Below are positions 56,252 through 64,000 of a stretch of 64,000 bases of DNA, piece after piece. Both the position numbers and the translations under genes were made by a program. Positions within the stretch are counted from its first letter, which is position 1. Each line of letters begins with the position of its first letter. The notes beneath the pieces were generated by a model. The model was not told the origin of the DNA. It saw nothing but the letters and a program-made list of their open reading frames with translations, and did no database searches. This DNA comes from Chrysemys picta bellii (lineage: Eukaryota). The DNA lies in contig NC_088812.1 of the NCBI RefSeq assembly GCF_011386835.1, positions 3,782,001 to 3,846,000 on the forward strand, given 5' to 3'.

Positions 56252-56845
56252 CTCTGGCTGGGACAAAGAAATGCCTACCTGTGGTGGAGCGCGAACCCTG
56301 GTTATTTGGAGGAGCAGCCCACCATGCTGGAAGTGCTGTCCGAGGGCCGCGAATCCAAGGTGGAGGGGCCGGTGCCCCCTCTGCCCCCCAAAGCCCAGGG
56401 CTCGGTCCCGCCCGCCCGCCCTGAGCCGCCCGCGGAGCCCCAGGATGACTACCTGGTGCTGGATGAACAGCTGATACCATGCAGCCTGGGCAAGGACTCT
56501 CTGCTCCTGCCGGATGCCCGGAGCAGTGCGAGCTCTGAAGCGCCCCCTGCCATGGGGCAGGAGCTGGGCTCCCCGGGGGCGACACCGGAGCCCGTCCCAG
56601 AGGAGCGGGTCTCGTCCTCCTCCAGCTTCGAGTACACCGTCTTCGACCCCAGTTCGGAGCTGCTGGCACCCTGTGGGCACCAGCGCCCGCTTAAATACAG
56701 CTACCTGCTGGTGTCCGACTCCGGGATCTCCGCTGACTACAGCCCCCTGGGCACCAGCACCAACCGGCCCAACCTCTACACCAACCTGTGCCAGGAGGAG
56801 TGCCAGGCCCAGCCCTTCCCAGCCAGCTACGTGGTGTGCTCATAG
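56252..56845 (+). CDS. EPOR: EPOR exon 8, cytoplasmic tail (LWL...LEVLSE...DDYLVL...FEYTVFDPSS...KYSYLLVSDSGISADYS...NLYTN...SYVVCS*)
   Basis: Box2 and seven of the eight mammalian phospho-Tyr motifs recognisable; TAG at 56843-56845. Confidence 0.96.
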   Translation, partial: LWLGQRNAYLWWSANPGYLEEQPTMLEVLSEGRESKVEGPVPPLPPKAQGSVPPARPEPPAEPQDDYLVLDEQLIPCSLGKDSLLLPDARSSASSEAPPAMGQELGSPGATPEPVPEERVSSSSSFEYTVFDPSSELLAPCGHQRPLKYSYLLVSDSGISADYSPLGTSTNRPNLYTNLCQEECQAQPFPASYVVCS

Positions 56846-58123
56846 TGCCGGCGGACGGGCACAGGACTCTGGGCCTGGAGAACAGAGATGGAACCCCACG
56901 TCTGCCGGACGTCCCGGCAGGACAAAGAAAAGACCCCGTCCCAGCAGGACGTTGAGGGGACCGGGGATGATATAAAGGAGACCCCCCATCCCAGCAGGAC
57001 GTTGAGGGGACCCCGTCCTGGCATGACGTAAAGGACACCCCATCCCAGCGGGACACAGAGGATGGATATATGACCCCAGCACCAGCTCCCTCTTGCCTGG
57101 GGCTTGCAAGGCTGTGGTGGAAGCCAATGGAGGTGGATCCGAACTGCCCCAGGTGGATCCGAACTGCCAGGCCGGAAACTCCCACTGGGCCGGATGGGCC
57201 ACGGGCAACGCGGCCGGTGCCGGCGGTCACATCCGCGGAGCAGATGGTCAAGGACCAACCTGCCAGCAGGGAACGTGACTGCCAATTCCTCCCACACCAG
57301 AGCTGGCTTGGATTCGAAACACGAGCTGGGTGGAAGCTGCAGCCCCTGTGCCACCAAGGGGAGCCCACCCACTCTGCGACCCCCCAAGCCTGGCTCGGCT
57401 GCAAGGGATGCTGGGAGTCCTGCAATCCTGCTTCGTGCCCAGTGACACGGACTTCCTGCCCCTTTTCTTTTTGTACTTATGTGTATAGGGGGGAAGCTCA
57501 AAAAGCCCCGTTACTCCTGTAAATCTGTTACTGCTGTGACAGGGGCTAGAGGTTGGGGGAGGGCCGGGTGTCTGGACTCTTGGGTTCTAGCCCCAGCTGT
57601 GGGAGGAGAGTGGGGCCTAGTGGTTAGAGCTAGGGGAGCTGGGAGTCAGGACTGCTGGGTTCTAGCCCAGCTGTGCCACAGACTTGCTTTGTGACCTTGG
57701 GCATGTCCCACCCGACCTCTGCGCCTCAGTTTCCCCATTTGTAAAACTGGGCTGACAGTACTGACCGACCCGGGCTGTCATTCGGATCTTCCCTCTGCTA
57801 TTAGTATTTAACTCCACGGGGTTGTCCCTGCCCTGGGGTGCTCCCGGATGGCCTGATTCGCCCTGGCACCACCACCAACCCATGGGGCCAGCATTGAAAC
57901 GCCTGGGGTTGAGGGCTTTCTCCTACCTGCCCGGCAGTGGTGGGGCCCCAACTTAGGGCAGGGGCTTGTTAAAGGGGAGCAGGTGGGGCTGGCGAGGAGG
58001 GCCAGTGGGGGTTGAGAATCCCCCAGAACTAGGGGACTGCCCCACAGTGCAGAGTGCCCTGGCAGGGGTGGGGCCCCACTCGGAGCCCACAGTAGCTGGA
58101 TGCGTGATAGATCTTTGCCTTTT

Positions 58124-58129
58124 AATAAA
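58124..58129 (+). terminator. Probable EPOR polyadenylation signal
   Basis: AATAAA followed by a T/GT-rich tract; about 1.3-kb 3' UTR. Confidence 0.55.
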
Positions 58130-59736
58130 GATGGGTTTTTTCACTCCGCGTCTGCCTAGTCTCTGCTGGGGAAGGCTCCACGCATCCGGGACACCCCATT
58201 ACATCAGCTGTCGGAAACTGACCAAGCTCCGGCTTCAAACCAGTTCAGTCTCTTCCCCCTCACTGCTCCTCAGGAGGGCTGCTGCCTTCTCTGCTGGGGA
58301 GAAACCTCCTTCCCCATCCACCAAGTTTGTTCCTGGCCAGCCCTGTTCTTTAGTGGCCCTACCGCTCACCCCTCCCTGGGATCCCACCCGTAGCTTTATA
58401 GAGCCACCAGACCCCCTCACAGACGCGTTTCGGGCTCTGCCTTCCCGAGCAACCCTTTGCTGTGCCGGGGGAGAGACTGGAACCTCTGTAGGGCAGGGAC
58501 TGGCTTTGTGATCTGGGTTTGTACAGCGCCTAGCACAATGGGATCCTGGACACTGCCGTCATACAGATAAACCACGTTTTCCGCACCTTGTAGCAGGGCC
58601 TGAGGAGCCCATCGCGACACCGGTTAAAGCCAGCGTGCATGGCTGCCTGTCCCACGTGCTGGGGTGTTGCACGTGCACAGCACTAGTGCAAGGAACCGTG
58701 GCAACGGGGCCCTGGATGCTGCTGGCTCTCAGCCCGGGTGTTAACAGTGCCAGGGGCGGAATTGGCGGAGTAGCTCCGCTTGGGTCCAGCCCCCCACCAG
58801 CGTGAGAACACGTCCCTCCTTCGGCTCAGCGCCCATCCCCACCTGATAGCGATTATCTCCACAGCAACCGGCCCCCCGGGGTTATCAGCAGCGGCTCAGC
58901 TTGTGGCAGGCCGCGGGAGCCCAGCCAAGCGCTGACTCTCGGCGCCGATCCAACAGCGGCAGAGTGAACCACTTGGGAAGGGAGCCCGTCCGGAGAGACG
59001 GGAGGGGGCAGGAGCTGAAGGCTGCGGCCGAGACAGCAGGGAGCCTGCACGTGAGCTGCTGGGCCTTGATTCGTGGCTCCACCCTCCGTGTGCCAGCGCC
59101 CCCAGCCCTGTGCCAGCTCAGCTCCATGGCACTAAGCCAGCTGTGAGGGACACTCATGTGGGAGGGGAGTGGGGTCTAGTGGGTTAGGGAGGGTCTGGGA
59201 GCCAGGACTCCTGGGTTCTACTCCCAGATCTGGGAGGGCCTGGAGTCAGATTCTATTACTGGTTCTGGACGGGGAGTGAGGTCTAATGGGGGAAGTGACT
59301 TTCTCGAGGTAAGACAGCAGGTACTGAGTGGCAGAGCCAGGAGCAGAAGGCCAATCTCCTCTGCTCCGAACCCTGCATCCTACGCACTGGAACAGATGGG
59401 CTCCCCCTCAGAGCTGGGCGCAGCTAACTGGTCAGGTCACCCCACCTCCCCAGAGAGCCGAAACCATGGAAAATAAATTCGATTCGGGGTAGAGAGTACG
59501 TATTGCTCTGTGTCTGTGCAGCACCTGGCCCGATCTCGACTGTTCCTTCGACGGTACTGGAATAAACAGATTTGAATTGTTGAATTTTCCTTCATTTCTA
59601 TTCACAAAGTAAGCAGGCCAAGGAGGGGACGTACAGAGACGGATTTCCCCCTAAATCGCTCAAGGATCAGCCAATAACCAGGGCAGAAACCCACACTCGG
59701 GAAACAGACGAATTTACATCTCCAGAGCCCCAGGGG

Positions 59737-60276
59737 TCATTTCTCAGCCCCGGCAGCTCTATCTGTGTCCGAAGCCGCCCCTAGATCCTCGGCATGCCCC
59801 CAGGGAACCGGGGACACCCTCATCTCTCCATCGAGGCCGAACCCCAGCTTCCATTCCTGGTCTGCGGCACCGGGCTGGGACAGGCGCGCCCTGAACGTCC
59901 GGTCGCCCCCACAGTCCTCCTGGCCCAGGGCTGGCGCCGAGTCCGGGCACAGCCAGCACTGGGCTGGGAAGTAGCGCTGGAGGATGCAGAGATAATCCTC
60001 CACCTCTGTTTCCCCGGAGACCTGCATGGAGGCGATGAGCTGGCAGCAGGTGGCAGATCCTTGGGGGTCCGCGCCGAGGCGCCCCGTGAAGTATGAAGCT
60101 GTGTCCACCAGCAGGGCTGAGAGCCGGGCGGCCGCCTGAGGGCCAGGGCAACCAGCGAGGTACTGCTCCAGCCCGTCCAGCAGGAGGAGGGCAGGGGGCC
60201 CAGGCAGGCTCTGGTGCAGCGAGGCCAACAGCCGCAGCAGCTCCCGCAGCGAGGGCGGGTAGAGGAACTGGATGCA
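59737..60276 (-). CDS. SWSAP1: SWSAP1 (RAD51 paralogue-like, Shu complex) exon 2 (CIQFLYPPSLRELL...LLLLDGLEQYL...LQRYFPAQCWL...)
   Basis: YPPS.REL, LLLLDGLE.YL (Walker B) and LQRYFPAQCWL as in human; CAG acceptor; tail-to-tail with EPOR as in human. Confidence 0.95.
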   Translation of the reverse strand, partial: CIQFLYPPSLRELLRLLASLHQSLPGPPALLLLDGLEQYLAGCPGPQAAARLSALLVDTASYFTGRLGADPQGSATCCQLIASMQVSGETEVEDYLCILQRYFPAQCWLCPDSAPALGQEDCGGDRTFRARLSQPGAADQEWKLGFGLDGEMRVSPVPWGHAEDLGAASDTDRAAGAEK

Positions 60277-60761
60277 CTGGGGTGGGGAAGGGGAGGGAGC
60301 TATTGAACGGGGTCGGCCCCAGCCCGGGATCCCCTCCCCCACCAGACCAACCTCGACCCAGCCCAGCCCCCCGCCTCCCAGCTAGCCCCAACCCAGTATC
60401 TCCTCCCTTCCCCTGCCCAGCATCCCCCTGTGCCCAACATCCAGCCACGTCCAGGCCCTGTCCTATACCAGCACCACCTCCAAGAAGCCCCTCCCTATCT
60501 GGCCCCGCCCACTCCTCAAGCCCCTCCCTTTATCCTAGGCCCTTAGGCTCCTCCCCTGCCATGAAGCCCCACCCCTTAGCTCCCCTCCTACTCCCTCCCT
60601 CCCATCAAGCACTGCGGCCTCCAGCTTCTCCCCCAATTCAGCCCTCCCGGGAGAAAGGAACTCCGACCCGCTAAGATTTTTTACCCTTGGCCCCGCCCCC
60701 TCCCCGCAGGCCCCGCCCAGGATATTGGCCCCGCCCCCTCGCCGCAGGCCCCGCCCATCAC

Positions 60762-60971
60762 CTGCAGGCCGCGCGCGTCGCTCTCCCCGCGCCGGGCCCC
60801 CGGCAGCCGCTGCAGGGCGCGGGGCGCCAGGAACAGCGCGCGGGGCCCGCCCAGCGCCGCCCGGAACAGCAGCGCCGAGCGGCCCGAGCGGGCCGGGCCC
60901 AGCACCAGGGCCGGGGTCGGGGCCCGGCCGGGCCCAGCGGCGCCCAGCGCCCGCTGCACCGCCGCCGACAT
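60762..60971 (-). CDS. SWSAP1: SWSAP1 exon 1 (MSAAVQRALG...LVLGPARSGRSALLFRAAL...RGLQ)
   Basis: Aligns to human LLLLGTPGSGKTALLFAAAL; 210 nt; CAG|GTGATG donor. Confidence 0.9.
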
Positions 60972-60989
60972 TGCCCCGCCCACTACTCG

Positions 60990-61200
60990 CCCCGGGCCAA
61001 TCCGGAGGGATGTCCCGCCTCGTCCCCGGGTGATAGCTAATCAGAAATCGTACTCCGTTCCGGTCACGCCCCCTTCCAACCTCCAGCCAATCCGGAATAA
61101 GGACCGCCCACTCTCGTTGATCTAGCCAATCCGGGGGGAAGGCCCGCCCACTCTCTGAAGCCTAGCCAATCAGTGGCTGCAACCGCCTCTAGCCGCGCCG
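60990..61200 (-). promoter_or_regulatory. SWSAP1: SWSAP1 promoter with reiterated CCAAT and GC boxes
   Basis: CCAAT at 60997, 61087, 61126 and 61166, with CCGCCCA boxes between. Confidence 0.7.
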
Positions 61201-61227
61201 TCCCTGCCCCACCTCCTGCCCTGAACC

Positions 61228-62010
61228 GTGGACCCACCCCCTCCCAGCTGGGATAGAACCCAGGCGCCCGGACCCCAGCCCCTACCCTGGGCACTGGACC
61301 CACCCCCTCCCAGCTGGGATAGAACCCAGGAGTCCGGGCCCCAGCCCCTACCCTGGGCACTGGACCCACCCCCTCCCAGCTGGGATAGAACCCAGGCGTC
61401 CGGGCCCCAGCCCCTACCCTGGGCACTGGACCCACCCCCTCCCAGCTGGGATAGAACCCAGGCGCCCGGACCCCAGCCCCTACCCTGGGCACTGGACCCA
61501 CCCCCTCCCAGCTGGGATAGAACCCAGGAGTCCGGGCCCCAGCCCCTACCCTGGGCACTGGACCCACCCCCTCCCAGCTGGGATAGAACCCAGGCGTCCG
61601 GGCCCCAGCCCCTACCCTGGGCACTGGACCCACCCCCTCCCAGCTGGGATAGAGACCAGGCCCCAGCCCCTACCCTGGGCACTGGACCCACCCCGTCCCA
61701 GCTGGGATAGAACCCAGGCGGCCGGCGCCACCCCCTGCCCTGGGCACTGGACCCACCCCCTCCCAGCTGGGATAGAACCCAGGCGTCCGGGCCCCACCCC
61801 CTGCCCTGAGCACTGGACCCCTCCCCCCCAGCTGGGATAGAACCCAGGCGTCCGGCGCCACCTCCTGCCCTGGGCACTGGACCCACCCCGTCCCAGCTGG
61901 GATAGAACCCAGGCGTCTAGGCCCCAGCCCCTACCCTGAGCACTGGACCCACTCCCTCCCAGCTGGGATAGAACCCAGGCGTCCGGCGCCACCCCGTGCC
62001 CTGAGCACTG
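61228..62010. repeat. 66-bp tandem array (~11 units) of a SINE-derived unit
   Basis: GGACCCACCCCCTCCCAGCTGGGATAGAACCCAGGCGTCCGGGCCCCAGCCCCTACCCTGGGCACT; 22-aa periodicity in overlapping ORFs. Confidence 0.92.
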
Positions 62011-64000
62011 GACCCGAGTTCACCTGCACTGACTGGGCTATATAAGACCGACACACCCTTTGGCTGGAGCCCCAAGCGCTGATGGGGCTGGGGAGAGCAG
62101 AGGGGTTTGAGGAATGTTCCCTTTATTTGGGGCACCCACCAAAAGGCTGGCTGCCAAATCTATCCACACAGCTCTGCCGATGCCCCTGGATCTTGACCCA
62201 CAGCCCCCTGCTATCCCAGCCCTGGATTCCCCCCCTCCAGTTCAGTCAATGCCCCTTGATCCTGACCTGTCCCAGCTGCTCCCCCAACCCAGCTGTGGCA
62301 ATGCTCCTCACCCCTGACCTGCAGCCCTTCTGCTACCCTGGCCCTGCTACCCCTTCCATCTCTGCTAAGGCCCTTAATCGCAACCTGCACCCCCTGCTAT
62401 CCCAGCTCTGCTTCCCCCACAGCTCTGGCGATGCGCCTCAACCCCGACCTCCTGTGAATGCCCCTCAATCCTGGCCCATCGCCTCCTTAGAAAGGCGCCA
62501 GAGAAATTTATTTCACCATAACGTGAATGGGGGCCCCTGGGTGATCGCTGGCTTTGGGCCTGAAAGGCAACCGGGAGCCATGGGGGACTCGGAGGGGGAT
62601 TAATTCAAACATTTAGCAGTTACTAAACGGTGGCATTTTCGGCCGGCTGGTGCCTCCATCTGTCCCCTGCTCCGTGGGGCATCTGCAAACCTCTCGCCAT
62701 CTGCCGCCTGTTAGGGAAGCAGGGAGAAGGGCCAGAGCTGGAGGGGGGAGGGGAGCTAGGTTGGGAGGAGTTAATTTGCAGTAGAATTGGGGAGGGGAGG
62801 AAATCCAGGGACACCCCAGCGAGTGGACACCTGATAAGCACCCGGGGCTGCATTATCCCAGGGGCAGCCCAGCCTGGGGTGAAATGATACAAGGGAAGCT
62901 TGTCCCATGCCCGAGGGGGTCACCAGCTGGGAGGGGGGAGGCAGAGGGGGATCTCTGGGCTGCAAAGGGTCAGAAGGAACCCACCCCAGCCAGTCTTCCT
63001 CCCCCACCCCCGGCCGATTTTAAGGAGGATCCAATTAACGAGATTACGCGGGGATCACAGCTCAGGGCAGCTCGGTTGTTAATTACCAGCTAAGGCGCAG
63101 TGTGTGTGCCCATGTGCCAGGCGGGTGTGGAGCTGGTGTGATCTCCCAGGCCAACTACTGGAGATCCTGGTGAATTGGCCCTGACCTTAGACTGGGGTCC
63201 CTGATCTCCCCGCCCCACACAGGCTCCGTTGCCCCCAACTCACCTGTCAGCCTGGGGATGCTGGATATAAACTACAGACCCTCCCCCCTGGGTAATGGAT
63301 TTAACAACCCCCCCTGCACGGACACAGACACACAGAGACCACTATATGGGGTGCCCAAAGGGCCTGCTGTGGGGCAAGTGCCCCACTGTGGAATGGGGGG
63401 CCTACCCAAGGGGGTTTTAGTGCCACACCTCCCCACCAACATGTCCCAGCCCTGGGACTGCTGGGGGAGAGAGGGGGGAGCATGGGCCTTTCCCCTCTAG
63501 GGGGAACCAGCTCCCATCCAGCCCCAGGGACTGTCTGGCTCAGGGGTTTGGCCCCCTTTCTTTGGGGCTGCTTTCCATGGCCAGCTTGGTTGGAGATCTG
63601 TCACATGCAGGGGATCTTGTGTGGGGGGGGTTACCTCTCCCCTCTCTCCCCTCCATCTCTGCTCTGAATGTGTCTGGGAATCCATTGCTAATGGATAGTT
63701 GCAGCGTACTGTGTCAGTGCCCGAAATGGGGCGGGGGGCAATGGAAGGGCAGGGGTGTGGGTGCTGTTTTAGTGGCAGGAGGTGAACGGGGGGGGGGGAG
63801 TACAGTGTATTGGGGATGGGCTGGAGGAGGGGCTGTTTTAGGGGCAGGAGAGCGTGGGGGGTGTGGTGGTACAGGGCATTGGACAGGGGGTGGGGGGTGG
63901 CTGTACCAGGGTCCCCCCTTTGGCATGTTTCTGGTGGGTGCCCAGCTCTGGGCAGGGCCACCGTGCTGCTGGCATGCAGAGCTGGCAGGGTGGCTGTGGC

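Noticed and set aside
62000-64000. PLPPR2 coding exons expected by synteny
   Set aside because: No ORF here resembles PLPPR2; not called.

Overview
Vertebrate, GC-rich, repeat-dense genomic DNA, most likely a reptile and probably a turtle (CR1 LINEs, hAT and Harbinger-type MITEs, CORE-SINE pieces). It is not prokaryotic and has no CRISPR, rRNA or tRNA genes. The gene order matches the block known from human 19p13.2. A bidirectional CpG promoter (0.3-0.85 kb; PRKCSH expected leftward, no coding sequence seen) is followed by ODAD3/CCDC151 (+, 13 coding exons, 1564-13119), RGL3 (+, ~17 coding exons, 17137-30900), EPOR (+, 8 exons, 44475-56845) and SWSAP1 (-, 2 exons, 60971-59737). Between RGL3 and EPOR is a very young ~4.0-kb Gmr1-like Gypsy LTR element (33805-37821). 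It has near-identical LTRs, an 18-nt tRNA-Leu PBS and an intact SAP-like/SCAN-like Gag-protease ORF, but no integrase core, RT or RNase H. Other highlights: a tandem array of ~19 co-oriented CTCF-like motifs between ODAD3 and RGL3, a 1-nt frameshift and a partial last-exon duplication in ODAD3, a Walker A Lys-to-Arg change in SWSAP1, multiplied splice donors in RGL3, and several GATA/E-box clusters around EPOR. Most long ORFs in the supplied track are artefacts of G/C-rich minisatellites. There are three assembly gaps. All assignments come from reading the sequence and recalled homologue sequences; no searches were run.
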